Assembly: GCA_963837175.1 (NCBI GenBank)
Contig: CAWIMJ010000050.1
Coordinates: 256,001 to 320,000 of the forward strand
DNA: 64,000 nt
Reading direction: 5' to 3'
Source: an uncultured Nitrososphaeraceae archaeon
Lineage (GTDB): Archaea > Thermoproteota > Nitrososphaeria > Nitrososphaerales > Nitrososphaeraceae
Part shown: positions 34,280 through 45,089 of the stretch, piece by piece
Position numbering within the stretch: the stretch's first letter is position 1
Layout: each line of letters starts with the position of its first letter
Program-made: the position numbers and the translations under genes
Notes under the pieces: model-generated
Databases searched by the model: none
Told to the model about the DNA's origin: nothing
What the model saw: the letters and a program-made list of their open reading frames with translations, nothing else

Positions 34280-34947
34280 AGTCTATTCAAGGATAAATCT
34301 ATATCTGAAAGTATCTTATCCCTATTATGCTACTCAAAAGAAATAGAACATCTTCAAAGTACATCTACTATGCACTACATCTATACTTTTCAGGCCTTTC
34401 ACTCAGAAGAGCATCAGAACACCTGTTTCCATTTATAAAAAGGAATCATGTTTCGATATGGAATTGGATTCAACATTTCAAACCAAAAAAGATACTTCAG
34501 AATAAGAGAAAAGTATCTGAATTTCTAATTAGATGAAATACTACTTAAAGTTGCAATCACTATCATGGTTATGGCTTGCCATTGAGCCAATAGATAAGCT
34601 GATTCTCGGTATTATAATTTCTTTTGAGAGAAGCATACTTGTTGCAGAACGATTTCTACAAGAATTAGTTAGAAGATATGAAAGCACCCAGTTTCTACTG
34701 ATGGTGGGACATGGTATCCATATGCATGTAAATTTGCAAAGATAAAACATTCTTCACTCATTCCAAGACAGAACATAATTGAGAGACAGTTTAATACTTT
34801 AAATAAAGAACAAATATATTGATATTATTTTCAATGTAGAAAAGATTAATTTAAATTAGAACATCATGTTAGCAATTGGATGATTAATCAGTTTGTTTAT
34901 CTGCATAATAGAATGCTTATTAAAGAAAAAATTAAGTGAACAGAGCC
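34280..34947 (+). mobile_element. Degenerate IS6-family element
   Basis: RNRTSSK..LYFSGLSLRR, RNHVSIWNWIQ, WLWLAIEP, STDGG; IRR TTAAGTGAACAGAGCC ending 34947; left end eroded. Confidence 0.85.
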
Positions 34948-35211
34948 GCTAATTTCTTAAAAAGAATAAGTATTGGAAAGACATGTTGTACAACTTTAGT
35001 GAGAAATGCATTCTATATTGAAATGCTATAATGGTTTATTGGTCTCATTTTGTCTATATAATTATACTATATTTATGAGAGAACTATTCATAGAATTGAA
35101 TTGAGGCCATGCAATTATTAAGGCCAGTAGCATTAGAGTATATTCTATTAATAAGCCAGTTTCAAAACAATTTATTAGATAATAACGCTAATAATAAAGA
35201 AAAATAACCAG

Positions 35212-35736
35212 CTAATATGACCAGCTTGTTATAAACTTGCCATTACCATCAAATTTTTGAATTTTATGGTTGCCGCTATCAGCTACAAATACATCACCAA
35301 AACTATCCGTACTTATTCCAAGCTGATGACCACTAAACTGTAAATTGCCTGTGCCATTGGAACCCCAGCTTGTTATAAACTTGCCATTACCATCAAATTT
35401 TTGAATTTTATGGTTGCCGCTATCAGCTACAAATACATCACCAAAACTATCCGTACTTATTCCAAGCTGATGACCACTAAACTGTAAATTGCCTGTGCCA
35501 TTGGAACCCCAGCTTGTTATAAACTTGCCATTACCATCAAATTTTTGAATTAGATAATTTCCGCTATCAGCTACAAATACATTACCAAATTTATCTATCA
35601 CCATATCTACAGAGTTAACTGCGGTGCCATCAAGTGATATTTCCGTGCTGTTCAATGCACTAATTCTTTTTGCCTGTCTTGTACTTTCTTGACCTGATGC
35701 TAGATCAATAAATCCATAGTTTATTATGACCAGCAA
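35212..35736 (-). CDS. NHL-repeat (beta-propeller blade) exported protein with only three blades
   Basis: D..G.VFVADSGN..IQKFDGNGKFITSW three times. Confidence 0.85.
   Translation of the reverse strand: MLVIINYGFIDLASGQESTRQAKRISALNSTEISLDGTAVNSVDMVIDKFGNVFVADSGNYLIQKFDGNGKFITSWGSNGTGNLQFSGHQLGISTDSFGDVFVADSGNHKIQKFDGNGKFITSWGSNGTGNLQFSGHQLGISTDSFGDVFVADSGNHKIQKFDGNGKFITSWSY
35221..35590. repeat. 144-bp (48-codon) tandem repeat: two identical units plus a partly diverged third
   Basis: Units start at 35221, 35365 and 35509 with CCAGCTTGTTATAAACTTGCC. Confidence 0.92.
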
Positions 35737-37380
35737 TACATTAAAAAGAAAGCACCTGCAATACCATCTTTGCTATTATTTTTATTCATAATTATATTAT
35801 AGATATTAATTTAATATAAAGACAACGAGATCTTAATATTTGATATCACTAGTATGCGTTATACAGTATTCTATTACCTTCCATTGGGTTTGCATTCAAA
35901 TGATAAAATGTTATTTATAATGGATTACGGCAATGATGATACTATAAATCCCTTACAGTTTCTTTCCTTTATGAACAGTCTATTAAGAAAGTTTATTATT
36001 AGTTTCATCGTTGTATAGTGATATTTAAAAGTGATTTTAGTCGTTCCAATTACTCTCCCTCTCATAAAGAGACATTATACTATCAATTATTTCTCAAAAT
36101 ATCTGAATTTCAAAGTATGTCACATTATAAATTAAAAAGTCCATGGATCACATATATGTCAACTAACACTCGGACAACACGAAGAAAGCCGTCTAGCCTG
36201 TTTGACGTCCTTAGAGGAAATAGCTGTCTTAAATAGAAAATAAAAGTATTTGATGAGTGGACGTGTATGTGGTTTTTTGCTATTACCTATCATATATATT
36301 ACACCACATTCGGATGAATGAGTGTCACTTCAGATTCATGAAATTTTGGCTCCCTCAATAATCTTTTTTCATACAATGATTGTAGCGATGATGTGTTATT
36401 TTTCAGTAATTTAAAGGGATATTAAGAACACTATACATGAAATACATGGCATTTTGCATAAGCAATTCACTCTGAGAATATGTAATATCTAATCAAAATA
36501 CATACATATAATCATCTTCCTAATTGTCCCATTCTAGAATAAACAGCGAAACTTCCCGTTAGGGAATCCTTGAGGAATTATTATAAAAGATAATTATAAG
36601 GCTTTGATCTATAACTTTGAACTCAACTATTTTTTGAGTGGTTATTTCTACTTATTGGTAACGTTTTCCTTAGTCATACTATTGCTATAGTGCTATAGTT
36701 CTTACGTGTGTATTATAACTTGGAATTATCGAGCTAGAAAGAGTGCGGTCATGTAAATGGTTCGTGTAATGAGAAACTAAAATTACATGTGTAATTTGCC
36801 TTTAGTGACTATCATTAAAAACTTGCATGAATATATATCTTATTTTAAATTTGATCTTCTCTATTATTCTTCTAGATAAAATTCTGTTGTCTTCCTCTAG
36901 TAATATTATCATTGATGCTGCTTACCTGCAAACTTTTTATTTATAAAACTGTATATTATTATATCCATATATATTTTAAGAACAAATCAAGACAATCAAT
37001 TTATTATATGCATGTTTAAGCTTATTCGTTTTTAATTTCTGATTTTTCCTTGATGCTGAATTTTTTCAGCGTTTGGCTAGGCGAGAAGATAACTTCTTTA
37101 ACTATGTGTTATCTATAGCGTCCCACTATGTACGTCCTATTCAAGTTATCAAGCGTGTGCGACATACGCTCAGATATCCTAACACTAATCTTGTTATATG
37201 TACATGGGGTTGATTCAGAATTTAGTGAATTCATTTAATCTCATTTAATTCGATAATTCAGCTATCATTAAAAATTACTTAATTATATAGTTAAAAGTTT
37301 TCATTTTTCAAATCTTACCTTCTAAATAAGTGCTAGTAACGCTTTGGTTAGTCTGATATATAATTTACTATAATCAGGAG

Positions 37381-38096
37381 GGCTCTATTAATTTAATTGG
37401 CTCTATTAGCAGCTAACAAATAGCTATTAAATTCTTAAATGATGCAATTTGCATTTATTTACTTTTTATAAACGAAAAGTGGTCCTCATAAAAGGTTTCA
37501 TTTCTATCGTAACAGGCTGAGTTGACCTTTCAACCATGATTCTTTTCTTTTCATATTATGGATGTAAATGATATTATATTTTCTAGAAAGAATCTGCAGG
37601 TTTGAGGATGATACCAGATATCATCGCTATATCTCTTGAAACTATAGTTGATTTCAATATTTGCTTATCATATAGAATACAGAAATTCTTCTGCAATAAG
37701 CGTATATTTCTTTCAAAGAGAATGAGGATTCCACGCCAAGGATAGTCTTATTTGTATATTCAATAGCAACCTAAATCTAAAAGTAATCTTGTTCACTTAA
37801 TTTGTGCATTCGTCAATTATAAATTTGATATTCTTCTTTCTTGTTTTGAAAGAAGATTTGTTTATGGTTGGTAGTATTGAACGCATTTCCAGACAGAGAA
37901 GACATGACTCGTTCTGATAAATCCGGATATGCTTTTGATGTGTTTCTATAAGAAGGGTAAGGAAGAAGAGCAAGTACACACTATATAAAACACAATCAAT
38001 ATCTTTGGCAGATGTTATTATATTTCTTCTTTCATATGTTAATATAATTAATAGCATATCTGCAGGTATATTTTTTATTGTCAAGTTAACAGAGCC
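37381..38096 (-). mobile_element. Degenerate IS6-family element
   Basis: Ends GGCTCTATTAATTTAA (37381; second GGCTCTATTA at 37399) and CAAGTTAACAGAGCC (to 38096); minus-strand remnants resemble the other transposases (KFIIDE, VERS...). Confidence 0.75.
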
Positions 38097-38117
38097 AATT
38101 ATATAATTGCCTTTATT

Positions 38118-39474
38118 CTATGACTCTTTGCTTATTTCCTCTAATGACTTACCACGAGTATGCAGTCCAAATAATATTATCATAACTACTGCAATCAACG
38201 AGAATAATGATATTGCTGTCATTAAATTCAAAAAGCCATATGGCTGAAGCAAAACAAAGAAAATAGGTCCTAAGGCCGCAACTCCTCGACTTATTCCTTC
38301 AACTATTCCAGAAGCAAAAGAGCGTATTTTAGTAGGAAAACTTTCCGAGGTATAAGCAAGTAAACTAGAGATAAGCCAAGCATTAGATGCAAATGCTATG
38401 AAGCCCGCAGTAACTAGTCCATTAAAATTATCAATTAAAAATCCGCGTAAAATAAAGGCGATGCTCATTATGCTGCTGGCTATTGCAATCTGATGTTTTC
38501 TTTCCAATTTCTCAGCCAATAGAAAGCGATAGGAGTCCTCCTGCTACAAAACCAATACTACTTAAAGTATTAATTGATATTGATTCATTAAGTGAATAAC
38601 CTTGGTTAACATACTCTACAACAAGTAACAACGACGCATAAACCGGTATGAGCACAAGAAACCACACAGCCACAAGGAATAGGATTCTTAACATCACTAG
38701 TCTGTTCTTAAATATTCTGAAGCTGAATTTTTTTAATGGATAAACAGCCTTATCGTCTACCTTTATCGCCGTGATACCTAAAGCCACAAGAACGGAATTT
38801 ATCTGGTCTATTTTTCCATTTGCTAAAAGCCAGCGGAACGACTCCGGCATTTGAATCCTAAACGGCAATGAAATAAAGCGCAACAGTACCTGCTATAGCG
38901 ATTACTATCCGCCAGCTCTCTATCCCAATAATATGACCTTGTTGAATTAATAGAAAGGAGATAGGCCCTGAGGATGTTAGACCTAACCAACCAATTAAAA
39001 TTACCATGGAAGTATATTTACCACGTTTTGATTTCGGTGACATTTCTCCTATGTATGTCGCCACAATTGCTATTTCAGCTCCAATTCCAATTCCAGTTAA
39101 CAATCTAAATAGTGCCATTTGTGTCATATCTTGAGATGCTGCTGCTAAGGCCGAGCCAGCTCCTAAAAGGAGAATCGAAAGTATTAAGGCAGGTTTTCTT
39201 CCATACGAATCAGAGAATACAGTAATGCAAATGGCCCCAATTACATACCCAAATATAGTCATTGATGCACCATAGGCTATTTCAGCGTCTCCAATACTCC
39301 ATGTTGTCTTTAAAATAGGTGAAATATAAGAATAGTTTGTTATGTCGTAATACGCAAAAAAGCTTGCTAGACTTATGGCAATTATTACGCTATTTTTAAG
39401 TGGAATTTTTTGCAAAGCGTCTATTCGCGCTGCTAATTCCCCAGTATAATCATCGTTGCTTTTAATTCTCTCAC
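38118..39474 (-). pseudogene. MFS transporter (aromatic acid/sugar porter-like) broken by single-base indels; may be intact in vivo
   Basis: AARIDAL, SDSYGRK, RLLTGIGIGAE, EMSPKSKRG, MPESFRWL, ESFPTKIRS, TRGKSLEEI across three frames. Confidence 0.8.
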
Positions 39475-40217
39475 TTCTCCTTTATATAGCCGAAATGAAG
39501 TGAGCGACAGATCTATATTATTTATTTGTCAGCAATCCAATGAAATAATTGCATTTATTAGTTATAGCATATTTATAAACAATCCAAAACAGATGCTGGA
39601 AATATTATTTCTTCTATAGCATCACCAGATTTTGAAATATATTTATGTTTACTTCCTTGTCCTAAAGCAATGACTTTTGCAATTCATTGGTGATTTATTG
39701 TCTGCATGTATAATCTGTTTGTTTTTGGAATGTTAAATTATGAAACAATGATCTTTTAAACCTCGGTTCTTTGTGAGCCTAAGGGTTATTATTGTCACAT
39801 AATTATTATGTGTGGTATGATGCTTTTCTTTCTGTTACTCGCGAACAGTAACCTTAGTACCTGAGTATGTAGGTACAATTCTGTTCATCTAGAATAATCA
39901 ATGGTAAAAAAGAAAAGTTAAAAGTGGATCGTTGTAATCCAATAGCTAACAGTATCTTTATTGTAAGGCAAGCTAAAGATTCCGGTGTTTGGATACTTTT
40001 ATTATATTAAGATAAACAAATCAATAAATAAATTGTTACTTGTAATTTGGTCTACAGTAGATAATATATTATCAAAATATCTTTGGAAATAAACTTTTTT
40101 ATAATATTCTCTAGAAACCGATACGAAAACTATAAAATATACGAAATACGATCATAAAATAACAAAAATGATGAATTGTAAGAAATATTTAAAAAAAGTA
40201 TCCAAAGGAGGTAACAG

Positions 40218-41159
40218 ATGTTGATTTTTAGTTCAGAATCGGCATCCAAAAATAATATTTGCGCGAGAACACGACTCACAAAAACAATTCAGGAACAAGG
40301 AACGCTTTTTTTTCGCACTTTCATACATTATGTAAAAGCTCGAACAGCTCCTATCTACTGCTTTCCTATCGCAACTCTGATATCGGCATTATTAGGATCA
40401 GAAGGAAATCTCAATCCGTATCTAGTTGCTAGTGTGGTTACTGGAAGTTACTGGTTGGGACTTGCTACTTATGTTTATAATGATTTAACAGATTTTGAAG
40501 TAGATAAAATTAATAGAACAAACAGACCATCTATCACCGGTAAAGCAACCAAAAACCAGCTTATTATAACAATTTGTGTGATGTTTACCATTGGCCTAGG
40601 GCTAACAGCATCAATCAATTTTTACACATTTGGTGTTTCAATCATTTTTATCGTATTGGCTATTACTTATTCACATCCTAAATTCAAATTAAAAAATAAA
40701 TTTGCTTTAAAAACTGTGATCACAGCTTCAGGTGCAGGATTATTGTCATTAATAGGAGGAATGGCCATGCTAAATACTTCTTTGCCAATATTATATTCCA
40801 CATTTGCCTTTTTTGTTTTTTATTTTATCTTATCGCCATTAGGAGACATTGGGGATATAATTGGAGACAGAGCAGTTGGAAGACGTACATTTCCAATAGT
40901 TCTTGGGATGAAACCTACTTTGATAATCATGCTCTCAGTACCCATTATGATAATAATTCTTATAGGGCTAAGTTTTGATGCGTTACAAATAAATATAATA
41001 GGAGCATTTTCCGTCATAATTACTGCAGCTGCAGTAATTGCAGTTATTTTAAAGATAAGTAAAAGATTAAATGATGTCCATTATGTAAAATCGCTCAGAC
41101 CAAAAATGAGGTTTTTGAATGTTCTAATGCAAATCTCGATGCTCTTGGCGTTCTTATAA
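40218..41159 (+). CDS. UbiA-family prenyltransferase (DGGGP synthase-like paralog)
   Basis: NDLTDFEVDKINRTNRP and DIGDIIGDRAVGRRTFP Asp-rich motifs; multiple TM helices. Confidence 0.9.
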   Translation: MLIFSSESASKNNICARTRLTKTIQEQGTLFFRTFIHYVKARTAPIYCFPIATLISALLGSEGNLNPYLVASVVTGSYWLGLATYVYNDLTDFEVDKINRTNRPSITGKATKNQLIITICVMFTIGLGLTASINFYTFGVSIIFIVLAITYSHPKFKLKNKFALKTVITASGAGLLSLIGGMAMLNTSLPILYSTFAFFVFYFILSPLGDIGDIIGDRAVGRRTFPIVLGMKPTLIIMLSVPIMIIILIGLSFDALQINIIGAFSVIITAAAVIAVILKISKRLNDVHYVKSLRPKMRFLNVLMQISMLLAFL

Positions 41160-41167
41160 AATTTCTT

Positions 41168-42148
41168 TTACTTTTCTAATTGGTTGCTATAATATCTTCT
41201 GCTTGCACTAGTCTCGGTCATTAATTTGGTATTATTCTCATTATTAGTACTATTATCCTCATCAAAATCAGTAGAACCAGAAGCCCATAACTTCTGGTAA
41301 TAGTCTAACATTCTTTTAGAAGTTTTTTTATCTCGTATGAAAATAGCACCATGAAAACTTTTCGGTTCATTTGCATTGATTAATTCTATTGCTACTTCAC
41401 TCTTATCAAAGATAGTCATACTAAATGGTACATTAGCCACTCGTCTAGTAACATTGTCAGGATACCAAGGATTTCCTACAACCTTTAAGCGTTCAATAGT
41501 ATTTTTATCATTTAATTGCGTTTGCTTATTATTTTGTTTTTCAAAGAATTGACTAACTAACCCTTTTTCTGCGATGACCTTTACATTTATTCCTGATTTT
41601 GCCTTGCGAAGGATGTTGTTAATTATTATCTCGTTAAAATATCTAGATGCAAGCAGAATCTCATTTTTGGAGAATTCTGTACGCTCAACTATTGCAGTTA
41701 CCATGTCCTCATATGTCAATACAATTTCGATTTTCGAAGGTGCATTTGCTTCTGCATGATTGTTAATCCCTCCAATTATTTTGTCAAGAAAAGTCTCAAT
41801 GTCATTTTCAGAAAACTGATTGCTATGCTTTAAAGTATCAATCATAGCCATCTGTTTTTTATTTCTCAGCTGCTCTATCAATCCTACAATATGTGATTGA
41901 TAAACGACAGATCCAAAAGTAGTATGCATATATTTTCCGTCAGATTTTTCTACTAGTCCATTATTGATAAGTTGTTTTAAGCTTGTATAATATACTTTCT
42001 TAGAAAGGTTTTCACGCTCTGGAGACGATATTTCTGCTAGAAGGCCGCCCTTAGCAGACATAAACAACGACAGATTATTCCGTTTTGATAATACAGTCAG
42101 CAATTTGCTAGACGTATTGATCAATTCTCTATCAATTGCACCTGACAT
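41168..42148 (-). CDS. Winged-helix regulator with C-terminal PLD-like (TrmB-type) effector domain
   Basis: N-term LSKKVYYTSLKQLINNGLVEKSDGKYMHTTFG; C-term EILLASR, GINVKVI, FSMTIFDKSEV, YYQKLW. Confidence 0.7.
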   Translation of the reverse strand: MSGAIDRELINTSSKLLTVLSKRNNLSLFMSAKGGLLAEISSPERENLSKKVYYTSLKQLINNGLVEKSDGKYMHTTFGSVVYQSHIVGLIEQLRNKKQMAMIDTLKHSNQFSENDIETFLDKIIGGINNHAEANAPSKIEIVLTYEDMVTAIVERTEFSKNEILLASRYFNEIIINNILRKAKSGINVKVIAEKGLVSQFFEKQNNKQTQLNDKNTIERLKVVGNPWYPDNVTRRVANVPFSMTIFDKSEVAIELINANEPKSFHGAIFIRDKKTSKRMLDYYQKLWASGSTDFDEDNSTNNENNTKLMTETSASRRYYSNQLEK

Positions 42149-42328
42149 TTAGTCGTTAAAGGATATGATATTGCTAAATATATAGTTATTTTTCTAGCAA
42201 ATTTTTAAGAAAATTACCGCATATCATATTTATTCAGCATATTAAGCTTCTGCATCATGGTAAATACCTGTGCGTAAGTCTTTCTTCTGGTTTTTAGTTT
42301 AATTTTTCTCGAAAAATAGATAATATTA

Positions 42329-42368
42329 GCTAAGAAACGCTAAATTTCGCTAATAAACATATAAAAAC
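42329..42368 (+). promoter_or_regulatory. Three GCTAA boxes at 10-bp period followed by a TATA box (CATATAAAAA)
   Basis: GCTAA at 42329, 42339, 42349; TATA about 30 nt before the ATG at 42393. Confidence 0.5.
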
Positions 42369-42392
42369 AGAGTTGGGGGTACGTTATATAAA

Positions 42393-42791
42393 ATGCGCCC
42401 ATCACTGCATACAGTCGATAGTGTACTTGCTTCTATTTCTGATAACCAGTCTTTAGAACTGTTCAGATTGATTGCAGTTACAAACGGAACCAGTGAGACT
42501 TTAAGAACCAAAATAAATCTTACTCGTAAACAGTACTATTCAAGATTATCTCGGATGACAAAAGCCGGCATAGTTAAGAGAAAGAATGGAAGGCATTCTT
42601 TGACCGCATTTGGTAAGGTGGTATATGATGCTCAGACTACAATTGAAAAAGCAGTTAACAGCTATTGGAAACTTAAGGCAATTGATTCCCTTGAAATGTC
42701 TGAAGATCTACCGAACGAAGAAAGATTAAAACTTATTGATAATCTATTGGATAGTAAAGATATCAAAGAAATTCTCTATAACAAAGTGTAA
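42393..42791 (+). CDS. Winged-helix regulator, paralog of the N-domain of the divergent gene
   Basis: LTRKQYYSRLSRMTKAGIVKRKNGRHSLTAFG aligns by eye with the neighbour. Confidence 0.8.
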   Translation: MRPSLHTVDSVLASISDNQSLELFRLIAVTNGTSETLRTKINLTRKQYYSRLSRMTKAGIVKRKNGRHSLTAFGKVVYDAQTTIEKAVNSYWKLKAIDSLEMSEDLPNEERLKLIDNLLDSKDIKEILYNKV

Positions 42792-43307
42792 ATTATATGC
42801 TTACTTGAATCTTATTGATAGTCCTTATCCAGTAACGTCACTATAGTAATGAGAAATTTATACCTTATCATAATCGCGCAGGTCTATTCATATAATAATA
42901 CTGACATCTCGAAATCTAGCGATGTGTTCTTTGTCTCAAGAATAATTATCATAAAACTGATAAATCAAATGTATTAGCAGCTCAATACTAAGGTTTTCGC
43001 TGCGATATCTTTGCAAGCAAGAGAAGACTCAAAAGAATCAGAATAGTTATGATGAAGAGCTATTTTGAATACTGCTGAGACATGTATGTTAGTCAATCAT
43101 TAAACAAGAGTCTATAATTATCTCATCTCATTGCTTCCTATCGTTAATTAGACAGATGATGCTTAGATACTTAGATACTTTTTGCTTTTCCTATGATCAT
43201 TTAATTGTCCATGATTAAATTTTTTTAATAATTTTTTGTTTATGGCTAGGCATAGCGAATCAATTAAATGCAACGTTGGTTAGAGGTGCTGTAAGGTATT
43301 AAAATCT

Positions 43308-44195
43308 GTGAGTGTAGGCGACTATATCGAAGCATCCAAGCCCCGAATAGTGATAGTTCTGTTAATCACTGCTATAGCATCTATGCTGGCAGCTACTAGA
43401 TTCGACGATACGCCCTCAGTCGCATGGGATATTAGTTTGTGGAAACTAGGATTTCTCACTTTAGCAGGCGCCCTAGCATCTATGGGTTCAAGTGCTCTTA
43501 ATCACTATTATGATAAAGATATCGACAAAATGATGGATAGGACAGCACAAAGACCAATTCCCTCAGGAAGATTACCTGCAAAAAATGTATTAATCTATGG
43601 GCTAGCATTGAGCATTCTCTCGGTTGCCATTGCCTGGTTTACTTTAAATCCTGTTGCCACAGGTATGATTGCTCTTGGCATCTTTTTTTATGTTGTAGTT
43701 TATACGGTATGGTTAAAGCGCAATAATGCATCTAACATTGTTATTGGTGGCTTTGCAGGCAGTGCTGCATCGATGGCGGGATGGGCGACTGCAACAGGAT
43801 CCATAGATCTACTAGGATTTTTAGTTGGCTGGATTGTTTTTATGTGGACTCCTCCGCATTTCTGGTGTTTAGCAATTAAAGCAAAGGAAGAGTATGCCAG
43901 CGTTCGGGTACCTATGCTACCAGTTTTAATTGGCAACGAGAAAACTGCAACCTACATTTTTACAAATACTGCAATTCTATTGCCATATTCTATAGCACTT
44001 TACTTTTTTGGAATGGGACTCCTCTATACAGTCGTTGCCGCCATTTCAGGCTCACTTATGTTATTTTATCATTATAAATTAACAAAAAATCCGACGCCGG
44101 CTTTCGCTTGGAAGGCTTATAAAGTTACCGCACCATATTTAGTTATAATATTTGTTGCAATATCTTTGGATGCACTTTTTTATTATAGAATCTAA
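43308..44195 (+). CDS. ctaB: Protoheme IX farnesyltransferase (heme O synthase)
   Basis: KPRI, NHYYDKDIDKMMDRTAQRPIPSG, YTVWLKR, NIVIGG, WTPPHFW. Confidence 0.95.
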   Translation: MSVGDYIEASKPRIVIVLLITAIASMLAATRFDDTPSVAWDISLWKLGFLTLAGALASMGSSALNHYYDKDIDKMMDRTAQRPIPSGRLPAKNVLIYGLALSILSVAIAWFTLNPVATGMIALGIFFYVVVYTVWLKRNNASNIVIGGFAGSAASMAGWATATGSIDLLGFLVGWIVFMWTPPHFWCLAIKAKEEYASVRVPMLPVLIGNEKTATYIFTNTAILLPYSIALYFFGMGLLYTVVAAISGSLMLFYHYKLTKNPTPAFAWKAYKVTAPYLVIIFVAISLDALFYYRI

Positions 44196-44250
44196 TTTTT
44201 GATGTCTTTTATTGCTATTGACTATTATTATTATTAGTATTATTAGATTA

Positions 44251-44475
44251 TCAAGTTGCGTTAGAATCTATTACCGCTTCAACTCGTCGTTTATCTTTGG
44301 TGACCCATGATACTCGTATTAGCCCATATATTTCTAAGTCTAATAATGTTTTATTCAAATTTGTTTCAGTCAACGAAACACCCTCTTTAATTAGGGTGTT
44401 CAATAGATCGGAATCGTTCATGTTTCCTGCCTGTTTTATTTTCTCGTAAATTAAGTTACGTAAAGGATACTTCAT
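44251..44475 (-). CDS. Small winged-helix-like conserved protein
   Basis: 74 aa, LNKTLLDLEIYGLIRV wing pattern. Confidence 0.7.
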   Translation of the reverse strand: MKYPLRNLIYEKIKQAGNMNDSDLLNTLIKEGVSLTETNLNKTLLDLEIYGLIRVSWVTKDKRRVEAVIDSNAT

Positions 44476-45089
44476 ACCTTATCAGTGACCATGAAGCACT
44501 TTGTTCATTTTAATAGTATCGATCATGAACTGAATTTAAATCAATGTTAATTATAGATAACAACCTAGCAAATGATTATTGAGTATTATTAAAACAACCT
44601 AATATGGATAGGAATTGTAAATATATATTGTGAAGATTCACTTTTACATTAAATCAGATTCAAAAAATCTCTCCCGGTTTGATAACTTATCATTTAGGGT
44701 GGTTTTGTGCTAATATTGTAATTACAGAAACGCGGCTGCTGCATGAATTAATATTCATCAAAATACCTCATTTTTTATACCATATCCTAGAAACGTTTTA
44801 AACTAATAAAATCAGCAAAAGATAGATAATTCCCCATATATCGATAACTCTCTTGCATTTATGCCGCATTTCATAGTCATATCTGATGTTTATCAGCAAT
44901 ATGTCTCCTAACAGATAACTCATTACACCTTTGCCAAGTTTTACTTGAATATAACCCCCCAACTTTCGTAACGTAGATGCAGCAAGGAGCATAGGTACAG
45001 CTCTGTAATATCTCAAGTAAAATTATTAATTTTAACTCCAACTAGAAAAGATTAATTATCTCAAATTTCTCCAAGCTACTCATATAGTA

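Noticed and set aside
35221-35590. Repeat array as CRISPR
   Set aside because: In-frame 144-bp coding units with no spacers, and no cas genes
35800-37380. 1.6-kb ORF-poor spacer as a hidden RNA or array
   Set aside because: No repeats, sustained GC island or recognisable protein remnants found by eye
43045-43080. ATGATGA...CTGA C/D-like motif
   Set aside because: Single box pair with atypical spacing and no evident guide
44798-45016. 72-aa ORF
   Set aside because: No recognisable features; weak TTG start in a promoter region
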